From contig JBHGNT010000033.1 in assembly GCA_043228905.1 (NCBI GenBank), forward strand, positions 62,001 to 126,000: 64,000 nt of DNA, read 5' to 3'. The notes beneath the pieces are model-generated. The model made no database searches and was not told the origin of the DNA. It was given only the letters and a program-made list of their open reading frames with translations. This document shows positions 46,580 through 60,900 of this stretch, in pieces. Position numbers and translations under genes: made by a program. The stretch's first letter is position 1, and every line of letters starts with the position of its first letter. The stretch comes from Azolla caroliniana (lineage: Eukaryota > Plantae > Polypodiophyta).

Positions 46580-47035
46580 ATTGGATATACAAAATTTGAT
46601 TATGCTACTTGTTTTGACGTCAGAAATTCATCATCATTGTACATTTTTCAGTTTATGGGAGTTATATCTTGGACATCTCGCTTCCAAGAGTGTATGCTTG
46701 TGTCTACTACATAGGCGAAGTATGTTGCAACCAATGAAGCATGTATGATGTGAGGAAGTTATACGGCGTTCTAGATTAGCTTGTGACATGGGTATACCTC
46801 AGCTTGTTCCCATATTATTTTGTGATAGTATTAGAGTGACATTGAATTGGCCAAAAGCCTAGTATACCATGCAAAGACGAAGCACATAGATGTGCGATAC
46901 CACTTCATTTGAGGATGTATAGTTGGCTACATTAATCTTTAGAAGGTTGTTTCTCAAGAAAATGCTGTACATAGATTGACCAAAGCTTTATCCCATTATG
47001 TGTTGGAGCATTGTTGTCACTTGATGGGAGCTACT
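46580..47035 (+). mobile_element. Highly decayed copia RNase H fragment
   Basis: GYTKFDYA...VISWTSRFQ...VSTT*AKY...FCDS...YHAKTKHIDVRYHFI...LTKAL. Confidence 0.75.
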
Positions 47036-47499
47036 TTGTTCGTCATCTTACACAATTGTTTTACATGTATTGTGTAACATATCAAGTAGGATGTGTAGGT
47101 ATTGTACAATCTTCCCATCAGCTTTGTTGATTCTTTTTTTGGCCTTTAGTTGGAGATTGATACATAGTGAGAAAGGCCAAAAAAGTAATTATCTCTATTT
47201 ATCAATAAGAATGGTTTTTGTGTGTGCTTGACAAAACATTGTGTGTTCTCTTTGTCAGTGATGCTTCTTTCTTTGTTGCCCATTTTATGGTTTAGGTTAA
47301 GGGTTTCCTAACCCTAAATCCAAAACCCTCTTTGTTGCTCATTTTTCTCTACAGGCACAAAACAATGCTTGATTGCTTCTCACTCACCCTCCAATAGATT
47401 TGATAGGCAACGTTATTGAATGAGGAGTTGAACTTCACAATTGTTGGAGTGACATCCGCCCAAGCAAGGATATCTAACTTGACATGTTTTTTTAAGTAC

Positions 47500-48480
47500 C
47501 CTCAAAGTCACCTTGAGTGTGTCAAGGATGGTGTTGTAGGGTTTAGGATCATTGCATCCACAAGTGTGTCATCATTATGTGGTCTTGTCACAACTCTAGG
47601 CATGACTAAATTCCGGAACCATATAGTGGCTTGAATATTTATCATCTTAAAAGAATGTGGATAAGAACTTGTGAAGGTTGGAATACATAGTATGAAACAA
47701 GAATAATAGTTCATGGTCATGTTAATATTGATTGATTGTTTATTATGATTAATCAATAATTACTTTAAAATGCTATATTTGAGTAATGCAAGAAAATCAT
47801 GGCCTTTAGAACTATGTGCACCAAGTTTCATATACCTCCAATCCATGTGGCGAATAGTAGTTGCAATGCCTATCCAATAGGCCTTGTTGGGTGTATTGAT
47901 GCACAACAACGTAAATTGATTGAAGAGAAGATAGATCTTGGTTTTGGTTGTAGGATAACATTCTTGTCTTTCATTTTGTCAAGGATTGGGATTGGCTTTA
48001 GTGCACAATAATGGAATGTGACAATGGTATCAAATAATCATCCTTTGGTATAGGGCTCTTAGAGTGTGTGGTGACATTGGCACTCTATTATGGCTATAGT
48101 GCATGTCTTTGACCAAGTCACTCTTTGGCAACTTGGGTCATAGAGAAGAACTCGTTCATGCTCATAAATGTGACTCCTACATTCCTATAGAAATCTACAA
48201 TTTCAACTTTCCCTCATGATAGGTTAAAGACAACTTGTTGATGGGTATTGCAATATGCACGTATTGAAGATCATGGCCATGTTCTTTCCAAGGTTTTCCA
48301 TGAGCCCTTTTCACAGCAAAACTATCTAAGTCATTGAGATGTTACCTTGTCACCTCCATGTATAACGTAGTCCACTCATTGGACCATTACATTTATTGGG
48401 CAAAGTCAAATATTGAGATCACTGTTAAGATAATGTTCCAAAGCTAAGGATGACATTGGATAAAACTAGCTTAAAAAGAA
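47500..48480 (-). mobile_element. Probable decayed LINE ORF2 fragment
   Basis: Minus-strand pieces LTYHEGKVEIVDFYRNVGVTF and LFDTIVT parallel the LINE at 1-1000; heavily disrupted. Confidence 0.4.
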
Positions 48481-48741
48481 TTCGGTTGAGTTTCTTTTGC
48501 TCATCTGCTATGGTATGGTAAGAGTACAATGATAATAAAATAGATATTATACAAGGATCCTAAAGATTTTATTTATATCAGTAAAATACAAGCACCATAG
48601 CATTTGTTGAATTTTCAGGAGTGAGATACAATGCGAAAACCAATAGCCATAATACAAAAGGTTACATAAAGAAATATTTTCTATCCCAGAACCAGTTATG
48701 TAGAGCATCCATTACATAAACGTTGGCAATCTTGCAGCTTT

Positions 48742-48870
48742 CCTGTTTCTTAATCAACCCCATGGACTGCATCCAAGCAGGAAACTCATCACCTCACTTC
48801 AAAGGTCCACTGTCATATCCAACGTTCATGCTTTGGTGTTTTTAAATAAGCTACCTAGTATCAGTAAGTC
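48742..48870 (-). repeat. Degenerate tandem copy of the FLDH-like last exon and upstream intron end
   Basis: Aligns with 48873-49050 (TTTCTTAATCA.CCC...ATCCAA...AAACTCATC...TCATATCCAA...CTAG.ATCAGTAAGTC). Confidence 0.8.
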
Positions 48871-48872
48871 GT

Positions 48873-51800
48873 CTATTTCTTAATCATCCCCGTAGACTCC
48901 ATCCAACCAATAAACTCATCAATACCTTGCTTCAAGGGTCTGCTCTCATATCCAAGTTCACGCTTTGCTTTTTCATGAGAATAACACCATTGTTTATTAA
49001 AAGTTCGGACCATCTACAAGGAAAAAGAGGTTTGCTAGCATCAGTAAGTCAAAACACCATTAAATAAATGCCTGCAATCATATTATGCAATGAGATAAAA
49101 AAGAGTGCCTATGCATGCCGTCCAACCCTTCTGGACGATTCACAAGCACAAAGATATTAAAATCTCAGATTTCATTTAAAATTTGAATTTTGGCACATTT
49201 AAAAAATAATCCGAACACATTCACATGTCACTGTCTCAAACTGTATAACTCTACACCTTGCTTTTGTGAATCCATAAGTGCAATTAATGTGTAAATCATT
49301 CGGCTCTCTAGAATCCATCAAATGTAGACAGACATAGACATACATTTGCCATATATTATACTGACAAAGTATCTGGGATTCTGATTACTACACTGATGTT
49401 ATGTCAGTTAAATATTGAATGGCCATTTGGTTAGCCATGGTCTAGATAGTGCAGTCTAGACAGAGAAAACATTAAACTGTACAAACAATCGTGTTTCTCT
49501 TATTCCTTCTTGTTCTTGGACTTGTCGTCTTAGGCAGCATGAACAAGCCTCTCGCTTGCAAGCTGCACAACCACTTCCCAAAGTACAATTTGTTTCGTTA
49601 AATTGGTGAATTTCTTCACTCATGGGCCTCAACTAGTTTGGATTGAAACATTTTACCTTTGGTTTCTTTTTTCTAATTGTTCTGCATATGTATGATAAAT
49701 TGATGCTTAAAATGTTTACATCCAGCTTATTTTATGCTCAAGTATACATAACTTCCTAACTTTCAGTAAGAAGCTTTCTGTCATAAAGTTTCAGAACTGT
49801 CTCTGTCAATACCTTGCACACTTCTACCATTTTCCAAAATATAGAGTTTGAATCTTCTTGGTTTTCACTCACTCTTACGATGCAATCAACATAAGATCTA
49901 TAGAATCCATGTCATTGAAGTCCATCCCATCCTCACTTCCACATCAAAGCCTATTATGTTTCATATCTTCTGTTTGTCACTAATTCACGTACAAAATGAA
50001 GCAACCATTTCTGAATAGTCAGATACATACCGGATAACTTATAATTGGTGTGTAACCTGTGAGCCGTGCCCAAAACACTGAAATCCAACCAACCAATTTC
50101 AAAGACCATGTAGGAACTTGGAAATTGAAGGGCTTTCTTCCTCTTCTAGAATCTACAAGGGCCAAGAGCTCAATGAAGGAAACATTATCTCCCGTAAGAA
50201 GATATCGCTCCCCTTGTTTGCCATTTTTTATTGCTGCTAGACAACCTTCTGCAACATCATCCACATGAACGAAGGAAAATTTATTTTCCAAGGTTCCTAT
50301 TTTACCAGGCAAGAGTCCATAACAGCGTAGAATGATCTGCAAGTAAAGACAAAAACAATAATGAATTGTTTCATTTCTACTGTGATTAGCATCACTGAAG
50401 TCTGCAATTCTCCAGTTCTCGAAGGTGCTGAAGTGAAATGACAACAGAAAAAGCCTGATGTACATATATAATATATATTATGATTTATATTATATTATGT
50501 ATAATATATCAGAAACTTTAGAGAAAAAAAATCCATTATATATAAGGAAATCTCTGAAAAGAGTACAAACTATATATAATTTTCAAGAAAGTTGCAACCT
50601 AAACGATAAGAGGGAAATGATATAAAGTTTATAGTAACTAGTCAGATCCGTTTAAAGAGGGGCATCTGAAATGCTGCAGTAAGGTGTTTCATACTTATTA
50701 TGACTTATATTATATCATGTATAATATATCAGAAACTTTGGACAAAAAGATCCATTACATATAAGGAAATTCTATGAAAAGAGTACAAATTTTATATGGT
50801 TTTCAAGGAAGTTGCAACCTAAACGATAGAGGGAAATGATATGATGTTTTTGGTAACTTGTCAGATCTGCTTAAAGAGGGGCATCTGAAATGCTGCAGTA
50901 AGGTGTTTCATATTTCATCATACTTGCAACGAGTTTCATAGTGCCACTTAATGTGCTATAATGTAGCTACTAATGGATTGCTACCATTGATCTGAACTTT
51001 GAACAATCATGCATTTTAAAACATAATACGCAGAAGGAATGATTTCGACATATACCTGAATTTGTCTTTCTTTCCCACAAATGCCCTTGGTTAACCCCCG
51101 AAAATAAATAGATTAGAATTTTGGCATTAAAAGAGTCAAATATGACCTATGACCTATCAACTAGGGGAACAGTGCAGGCTTACTGGCATTTAGGTAAATA
51201 AGTAGAAGAGCTTTGCAACTAAAGCTAGCTGTGTCACCAATCAGTTATGACTCAAAACTAGCGTGCTAACAACCCATGATGTAAATGTTAATTACCCAAT
51301 TGACCTGTGTGTTCCCTAAGATAGAGGTAATTAAGATAATATTACAGGAGCTGCACCATGTTCATGCCAAATGAGATACTGGCAATGCCTTCGTAAGGAA
51401 ATAAAAGTCAAACCACCATGATGATAAGGAAACTTACAAGGGAAACCAAAGAATTTCCTTCTGTAACTTTTCCAGGGCCATAAACAACTCCAGGATATAC
51501 AAGTACAACTGGCAAACCCTTTTCAGCTTCCTGTAATACAATAGTGTCTGCTAAAGTCTTTGATCTTTCATACTCTGAGCAGAAATTAACACCTCGATGT
51601 GTCTGCATAGACACACAAGTAAGAAAATCTAATTCAATAATCATGTCATTTATAATAAAAAATTTGCTCGAGTATCTTAGTAAGAAAAACCTGTAGTTCC
51701 CTCTGATCTATTATGAAAACCTAAGAGTAGCAGTTCCATGACTAATCTTTGACTAAACATATGCCACCTTGTAGATCATAACCGCTTTATAGAAACTATA

Positions 51801-53017
51801 ATCTCATCTAAAAATGATCATTAGTCTCTAGTCTGATAAAAGCATTAACTTGGGCTTAAAAAGGCTTAGGGTTTATTAAAAATACAATGCTTTTGCAAGT
51901 ACTAGAAAAAAATGACATTTTACCTGACTTTCATTGACCACATTTCCATCTGAAGGACCCAATGCAAAAAAGGATGAGACATAAATAAGCTTTTTAATTG
52001 TGGGCATCTGCTTTACTGCATGTATAACGTTCTTGACTCCATTCACATTGACCTATGTTAAAAAAATTTCAACTGTGACCATATAAAGAAAATAATTTTT
52101 CTCAAGAGGTAACTCAAAAGTTATAGCTAGTGTATAATCAATAATAGCTTTCAACATCGATTTTAAGTAGTAGCCTTACAACAATCATTTTCTGTATCTG
52201 GCATCGAACAGCAGGGTCTACTGTTTTATCAAAGGAATACTAACTCTTGTGATCAATGGTTCCTGGTATTGCTGGACTTCCCTGTGCCTATTATCTAAAA
52301 CCATGGTTTTTGGCAAAAAGTTTTGGCTCAAATGACAGAAACCATACGATTCAAATTTCTTAAAAGAAAATATGTTCGATGTTGCAATTCAAAATATTTA
52401 CTGCATTATTCCGAGGAAACCAATCAATATCAAACAAATCATTCACAAATTATATTGAACAACATTGGGAGAAACTCAACATTCAATCAACACAATAATT
52501 TGAATGGTTTAATAGTCTATACCTACCATTCCTCCAACTTCCCATAACTCCATCTTATCAATGTCATTTCTCATCATGACATCTAGGATCTCAAGAATTG
52601 CTCAAATAGAAGAAATCTTAATGGTTAGATGATAATTAATGTCCTAAACCATCTTGGATGGCTGGATTACTGTAAAGGAAGAATGCATCAAAATATGTTG
52701 GAATTCATAAAAATGCGAGAAGATATAAATGATATATCATTCCATTCAATGTGCAGACACCTTTGGTTTACATATTTGTGTACCAGAAATGCTTCTTCCT
52801 TTGATATTAGTATAGGTTTCTCTTGACCAGAAAAGGAATGAATAATATTTACACCATTTCATTGATATCTAGTCTTATTTGCAAACAACTATACTTTTAC
52901 CACCTGCAGGAAAACCATAAGGGTGAACTTTTCATGAATTAATCAATGATAATGTACATTATTTTACTGACGGAGAAACATGTTCAGCATCCAGTACTAA
53001 CAGTGGTAGAGGTTCAA

Positions 53018-53073
<56 letters not shown>

Positions 53074-53596
53074 CATGTTCATGCACACGTGATATTGCAT
53101 TGGATTTTTCATGGATGCATGCCTTAGGTACACAATGGTTTAAGAAAAGGAGGGAGACAGAGAAACGGCAATATGACAATCGATTTCTCATCAACGAATG
53201 TGCATCATTTTGTATCTTTCTTTCTTGCGTAAAATATACATACTCAAGAACAAAAACGAGGGAGGGAGGGAGGGAGGGAGAGAGACAGATCCGAACCATG
53301 AAGAACTTGGAAGAATCTGGGACCCATGGAGTAACGATGGCGGCGCAGTGAATGATGACAGAGCATCCATGGAAAGCTCGTATCAGCGATTGTAGGTCTG
53401 TGAGATCTCCATAGACCAGTTCCACGTTATGCAGTGGGAGGCAATGGAGATTGCTTGAAGGTCTCACAAGAGCTTTCACGTTACAATCTCCTCGCGACAG
53501 AAGGGCCTGGCAGATGCGACCTCCGAGAAACCCTGAAGCTCCCGTCACTAGTACTGTTTCTTTCTTTGCCGTCTTCTGATTCTGATTATCCTCCAT
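48873..53596 (-). CDS. FLDH: NAD(P)-dependent epimerase/dehydratase, extended SDR, farnesol dehydrogenase (FLDH)-like; 5 exons, ~346 aa
   Basis: Exons 53596-53297, 52052-51924, 51602-51438, 50336-50031, 49013-48873. Motifs: LVTGASGFLG, IHCAA, YVSSFFALGP, FCSEYERSK (YxxxK), YPGVVYGPGK, FSFVHVDDVAEG, KAKRELGY. Confidence 0.85.
50476..50914. repeat. Tandem duplication (~219 bp x2) in FLDH-like intron 3
   Basis: TATAATATATCAGAAACTTT...GAGGGGCATCTGAAATGCTGCAGTAAGGTGTTTCATA occurs twice. Confidence 0.9.
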
Positions 53597-55663
53597 GGCT
53601 AAATCGGCAGAAGGCTTCGTTTTCTTCTCTTTTCTGCGTTACCTTGACTGTTCCGTTCCAACTCCTCACGCGAAGCAGCGAGCGATGACTGTTCTCTTTC
53701 TTTAATTTCTGAAAATAAGAAAAGCCTGCGAGCCCTCTGCGTGCGTGCTTCTTGCATCAGCTTGCCCGCTTTCAATACTTTCTTCCAACCCCCCCACCAA
53801 CCAAACATTAACTGCTACTTTCTTCCATCCATCGTCATGACTCATTACTTACTTCTTATTACTATGTAGTAGTAATGTACATATATGTACATACATACTG
53901 ATACATCATCATCATGTACAACAATTTGGTTGATGGATTTGATTACTTTACATACATACTTCTAGGCTCTAGCTTTAACTCATTTTGGAGCTACATACAT
54001 ATACATATACATATACATATACAACGACTATTGTCACGTCCAGATTGTGTTAGTTGTGCATGCCTTCCTAGCATAGATAGTGAGTGGTCCTTGCTACTCT
54101 GAGCAAACCAAACCGAATGTGCATGAAATCGCACAATTTTCGACACAATTGCCAGATATCTATTTTTGGTCTTATAAACTCTTAAATGAGTCTAAAAACT
54201 AAATGCTCGTCGTGGTTGGGTGACACGAACCTTCTGATTGGTCTATATCAATTCCCTCATCGAGTTCGTCGTGGAGGAAAGCCATTTTTACATCTAGTTG
54301 AAGAAGCTCTACATCCTTGGTAGCTACTAGTTCAAGTAACAATCGAAGGGTTGTCATTTTAATTGGTAGTGAAAAAATCTTGTGAGAATCAAAACCATAT
54401 CCTTGTTAGAAACCCTATGCAACTAACCTTGCTTTATACTTGCGACTAGTTGAATAAAATATCTACTTGAGTTGAAAGACAAGTATGAATGAAAGTGTTC
54501 ATCGATTCTTTGGCAATGGAGTTAAGTCCCGAGAATTTCTCAAATAGAGTTCATCTCTAAATCCATAGTCAATTGCATGTTAGTATAATTAGATGTCTCT
54601 ATAACTTCTTTTGTAGGTGGAAGGTGCAACGACATCTATGTAGACAACATTACGTGAATACCCTTCGCGTGGGTGAGACGGTCTCCCAAATTAGGGTTGC
54701 AAAGAAACGCACACACATGCAAAACGTGAGTGGGACCACCAAAGATGATGGGATTAGTCAATTCATTGATGTTGGAGTGCTTGAGGACGTTAATTTTTGA
54801 ATGAGTTGAATTTACTTTCACCAAATTCTCTCGGGATCGTAAACTTCTATGTTTGTGCATGTCCGTGTGAGAGTAAAATTAATTACATCTATGTATATGC
54901 TTGAATAGAAGTAATTGTGCGTGCTTGTGTTTGTGTGTTTGTATATGCATATATATACATAAATAGGCCTTATATGTAGGTATGCAAATGTGTATGTTGA
55001 TGTGTATAGGAAATGAAAAAGTACAAATAATTGTTGGTGTATGTGTGTGTGTGTGTGAATGTATATTTATATTATAACTAATTATATAAGTGTCAAGAAT
55101 GTATATATATATATAGTTGGATTTATCTAGTGTGCTTTGTATGTGTGTTTTTTTCAAAAAAAAAAACTCCTTCCATTAGTTATAAAATTTTACAAATGAG
55201 AATGTTAGATACAATTCCCTTTAGGGATGTGACAATTCCATCTTATGTGATTGTTGGATGAAGGCTAGTTGTTGTCTTTCAACTCCATCGGATCCGCCGT
55301 AAGGCCATCGTATTGGCTCTTTAGAGTGGCTACAACTTCACTCCATGTCTCTTGCATTAACATTACTTGGTGCATGGTTTTGTTGGAGAAGACCCATCTA
55401 CACCACTATTTCCAAAGAAGCCAAAGATTTATTGGACTAACCAATTCTAATGCAACTAGAGCTTTGGCATTAATAGGAGTTGAATGGATATTATCCATGG
55501 TGGTAAAAAACCCCTTGTGCTTTTATCACCAAAGTCATCCGCTCCTCCCGATGTTCGTACTTGGAAATTGGGGCGTGCAATTATGCTCACTCTCACAAAC
55601 ATTATTTGGTCTATGCATTGATGAATTGGAAAAAATGGTTACCAAGTTTGTAAAGGAAGAATG

Positions 55664-57645
55664 TGTTGAGAATCGTGAACCGCCACAACCAGTTTCCGTT
55701 CGTATATTCGTGTGCAGAAATAAACACTTAGACAGAAAACCAACAGAAACTAGAAATAGAGAAAAAAACACAGATTTTAACGTGGAAACCCGAACTGGGA
55801 AAAACCACACGGTGTCCACAAACAAGATGAAGAAGGGAGAAGTACAACGACCTCGAGTTTCTACTTCGTCAATAGACAACTATGGAGTTACGCACTCTTT
55901 CACTCACTCACTCTCTCTCTCTCTCTCTCTCTCTTGCACAGTTACACATGCAACCACCTACTCTGACTATGTTACAACAAGACTCATCATCACCTGCTAA
56001 AGTTTGCCCTAGTTGTATTTATACTTATACAACTTTAAGGCTATTTACATACATAGCCCACATGGGGCACATTCCAACTATTTACGAATATAATCTCCCA
56101 AGTTGGCTATATCCATGATTTTGGTTTCGGCCTCAACCGAGTTCCTCATCAACTCGGCTCCTCTCTTCCCATCCGGAGGGACATGTTTCCCAACAAACTC
56201 CCCCTTCACTCGGGCATGGGATACTTCACCAGTCCAACCCTCTATCAGCACGCGTTCAGCTTTTCAGTTGCCGACAACTTTGTAAGCTTGTCCAATCCAT
56301 TGTCAGCTGTGTGAGCCTTCGTCATAACAAACTCCTTCTCTTCCACTCGCTCTCGGAGCCAATGGTATCTCCTCTGGATGTGCTTGGTCCTCGAGTGGTA
56401 GGCAACATTTTTCGCAAGGTGGATGACACTCTGATTATCGCGGTTGAGTCAAAATTCTTCCTACCGAATTCCTAGCTCACTGATAAACTCCATCATCCAT
56501 CCGGCTTCCTCTGTGGCCATATACTCGGCTTCCGTGGTTGGCAATGCTACAACCTTCTATAGCCTCGATTGCCACGAGACAACTCCCCATGCATAAGTCA
56601 TCACGTATCCAGACGTGGATTGGCTAGTATTTGCATCAGTCGACATGTCTGAATTTGTGTATCCTTCCAATGTGGGATTAGCTGAGCCGAATCGGAGGCA
56701 CACACTCAAGGTGCCTCTCAGGTACCGAAGTATCCACTACACAACAACCCAATGTTCTCTCTCGGGGTTGCTCATGTATCGATTGACCACTCCGACTGCG
56801 TATCCTATGTCTAGCCTGGTACAAACCATCACATACATCAGGCTGCCAACCACCGAAGCATAAGGAACTTTCGACATCTCGGTCTTCTCGGTTTTTGACT
56901 TCAAACATTGATCTCTACTCAGCTTGCAGTTTGTCGGTAGTGTCAAGCCGATTAATTTCGCACTTTCCATGACGAATCTCTGGAGGACCTTTGTTATGTA
57001 CTTCTCCTGTGACAGCCATAACAATTTCTTCATTCGATCTCGAACGATGTGCATTCCCAGGATTTGCTTCATCGGACCCATATCTTTCATCAAGAACGAC
57101 TCGCTCAAGGCCTCCTTCAGTGCTCGGATCTTCATATGGTTCCATCCAACAATCAACATGTTGTACACATATAGCAGGAGTATGAGGAAATCCCCTCCAT
57201 CGAACTTCTTCACAAATACGCAATGATCAGCCTACGTTTTGTGGTACCCGTTGTCGGTCATGAAGGATTCGAATTTCCGGTACCATTGTCGAGGAGCCTG
57301 CTTCAACCTGTACAAGCTCTTCCTCAATCGGCATACAAGGTTCTCTTTACCTTTCTTTATGAATCCTTCCTACTGGTAACATATATATCTCTTCCTCCAA
57401 ATCTCTATGAAGGAAGGTAGTCTTGACATCTAGTTGTTCGACATCGAGATCCATGCTGGCCACAATGCTTAGCACGGTTCAGATGGACGTCATCTTCACC
57501 ACCGGGGCAAATATTTCGTCAAAATCGATACCCTTCTTCTGTTGAAAGCTTTTCACCACCATCTGTGTGGATTCCCACCATCTGCCAGTTTCAACTTGTA
57601 TACCCACTTATTCCGAAGCGCCTTCTTTCCTCTCGGTAGCTCGGT
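55664..57645 (-). mobile_element. Decayed copia 'F' (relative of A/B): 3' LTR 55664-56195, PPT, RNase H and RT
   Basis: PPT revcomp AACTCCCCCTTCA (56196-56208); LTR carries the GTCCCTCCGGATGGGA motif; RT/RNase H homologous to A/B with stops; cut at 57645 by a family-E LTR. Confidence 0.9.
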
Positions 57646-57962
57646 TGTTGAGATACAAGCTCAACATTGGCCCGATCGGTTGTGCAAGCCGAGAACCGGA
57701 TCGGTTGGGATCGATTGGTTAGGTCGGACCGGTGTGTAAACCAGGTGCGCAGACCGATGCGCAATGAGAAGCCGTAGCAGTGCGTAAACCGCAAGGCCGC
57801 TGGAAAGATATTCTGCGTAAGAATATATTTTGGGAGTTAGTGTAGAGCTCACTTATGAGCATTGAAGTACGTGTCAGTACTTCTGTTAGTCCGTATCGAA
57901 TTGTATAAAGGTGCTCACTGAGCACATCCTATGTACAGATTGAGTAATATTTTTGAATTGAG
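57646..57962 (+). mobile_element. 3'-truncated family-E LTR abutting the satellite array
   Basis: TGTTGAG..ACAAGCTCAAC start, ATATATTTTGGGA, and TTGTATAAA.GTGCTCACT.AGCACAT...TTTTGAATTGAG match the 29094-38774 solo LTR. Confidence 0.8.
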
Positions 57963-60900
57963 AAGAGCCCGTGAGTCAATTAAAATGGTCATACCTAGCT
58001 CGTGTGATATCGGATTTTTGTGTTCAAACATGCGTATGGAAGCTAACAACGCTAGCTATGATATTGAATTAAAAAATCAAGATTTCGAAACTCAGGTCGA
58101 GAGACATGAAGAAATTAGCAAATTTCAGGAGGGACTTAAGAAGAGCCCGTGAGTCAATTAAAATCGTCATACCTAGCTCGTGTGATATCCGATTTTTGTG
58201 TTCAAACATGCGTATCGAAGCTAACAACGCTAGCTATGATATGGAATTAAAAAATCAAGATTTTAAAACTCAGGTCTAGAGACATGAAAAAATTAGCAAA
58301 TTTGAGGAGGGACTTGAGACGAGGCCGTGAGTCAATTAAAATGTTCATACCTGGCTCGTGTGATATCGGATTTTTGTGTTCAAACATGCGTATCGAAGCT
58401 AACAACGCTAGCTATGATATAGAATTAAAAAATTAAGATTTTGAAACACGGGTCGAGAGACATGAAAAAATTAGCAAATATGAGGAGGGACTTGAGAAGA
58501 GCGCGTGAGCAAATTAAAATGTTCATACCTGGCTCGTGTGATATCAGATTTTTGTGTTCAAACATGCGTATCGAAGCTAACAACGCTAGCTATGATATGG
58601 AATTAAAAAATCGAGATTTTGAAACTCAGGTGGAGAGACATGACGAAATTAGCAAATTTGAGGAGGTACTTGAGAAGAGCTCGTGAGTCAATTATAATGT
58701 TCATACCTGGCTCGTGTGATATCGGATTTTTGTGTTCAAACATGCGTATCGAAGCTAACAACGCTAGCAATGTTATTGAATTTAAAAATCAAGTTTTTGA
58801 AACTCAGGTCGAGAGACATGAAGAAATTAGCAAATATGAGGAGGTACTTGAGAAGAGCTCGTGAGTCAATTATAATGTTCATACCTGGCTCGTGTGCTAT
58901 CGGATTTTTGTGTTCAAACATGCGTATCAAAGCTAACAACGCTAGCTATGATATCGAATTAAAAAATCGAGATTTTGAAACACAGGTCGAGAGATATGAA
59001 GAAATTAGCAAATTTGAGGAGGGACTTGAGAAGAGCGCGTGAGTCAATTAAAATGTTCATACCTGGCTCGTGTGATATCGGATTTTTGTGTTCAAACATG
59101 CGTATGGAAGCTAACAACGCTAGCTATGTTATGGAATTAAAAACTCAAGATTTCAAAATTTAGGTCCAGAGACATGAAGAAATTAGCAAATTTGAGGAGG
59201 GACTTAAGAAGAGCCCTTGAGTCAATTAAAATCGTCATACCTAGCTCGTGTGCTATCGGATTTTTGTGTTCAAACATGCGTATCCAAGCTAACAATGCTA
59301 GCTATGATATGGAATTAATAAATCGAGATTTTGAAACTCAGGTCGAGAGACATGAAGAAATTAGCAAATTTGAGGAGGTACTTGAGAAGAGCTCGTGAGT
59401 CAATTATAATGTTCATACCTGGCTCGTGTGCTATCGGATTTTTGTGTTCAAACATGCGTATGGAAGCTCACAACGGTAGCTATGATATAGAATTAAAAAA
59501 TCGAGATTTTGAAACTCAGGTCGAGAGACATGAAGAAATTAGCAAATTTTAGGAGGTAATTGAGAAGAGCCCGTGAGTCAATTCTAATGTTCATACCTGG
59601 CTCGTGTGATATCGGATTTTTGTGTTCAAACATGCGTATCGAAGCAAACAACGCTAGCTACGATATAGAATTAAAAAATCAGGTCGAGAGACATGAAGAA
59701 ATTAGCAAATTTGAGGAGGGATTTTAGAAGAGCCCGTGACTAAATTAAAAAGTTCATACCCGGCTCGTGTGATATCGGATTTTTGTGTTCAAACATGAGT
59801 ACTGAAGCTAACAACGCTAGCTATGATATAGAATTAAAAAATCGAGATTTTGAAACTCAGGTCGAGAGACATGAAGAAATTAGCAAATTTGAGGAGGGAC
59901 TTTAGAAGAGCGCGTGAGTAAATTAAAATGTTCATACCTGGCTCGTGTGATATCGGATTTTTGTGTTCAAACATGAGTACTGAAGCTAACAACGCTAGCT
60001 ATGATATAGAATTAAAAAATCATGATTTTGAAACTCAGGTCGAGAGACATGAAGAAATTAGCAAATTTGAGGAGGGACTTTAGATGAGCGCGTGAGTAAA
60101 TTAAAATGTTCATACCTGGCTCGTGTGATATCGGATTTTTGTGTTCAAATATGAGTATGGAAGCTAACAACGCTAGTTATGATATAGAATTAAAAAATCG
60201 AGATTTTGAAACACAGGTCGAGAGACATGAAGAAATTAGCAAATTTGAGGAGGGACTTTAGAAGAGCCCGTGACTAAATTAAAATGTTGATACCTGGCTC
60301 GTGTGCTATCGGATTTTTGTGTTCAAACGTGCGTATCCAAGCTAACAATGCTAGCCATGATATGGAATTAAAAAATCGAGATTTTGAAACTCAGGTCGAG
60401 AGACATGAAGAAATTAGCAAATTTGAGGAGGTAGTGGAGAAGAGCCCGTGAGTCAATTATAATGTTCATACCTGGCTCGTGTGATATCAGATTTTTGTGT
60501 TCAAACATGCGTATCGAAGCTAACAACGCTAGCTATGATATAGAATTAAAAAATCGAGATTTTGAAACTCAGGTCGAGAGACATGAAGGAATTAGCAAAT
60601 TTGAGGAGGGACTTGAGAAGAGCTCGTGAGTCAATTATAATGTTCATACCTGGCTCGTGTGCTATAGGATTTTTGTGTTCAAACATGCGTATCGAAGCTA
60701 ACAACGCTAGCTATGATATGGAATTAAAATATAAAGATTTTGAAAAATCAGGTCGACAGACATGAAGAAATTAGCATATTTGAGGAGGTAGTGGAGAAGA
60801 GCCCGTTAGGAAATAAAAATGTTCATACCTGGCTCGTGTGATATCGGATTTTTGTGTTCAAACATGCGTATCGAAGCTAACAACGCTAGCTATGATAAGG

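Noticed and set aside
47290-47330. TTTAGG/AACCCTAAA telomere-like motifs
   Set aside because: Only isolated units; not an interstitial telomeric array.
55269-56000. 243-aa ORF
   Set aside because: Non-ATG start; it runs across the boundary into an antisense LTR and (CT)n.
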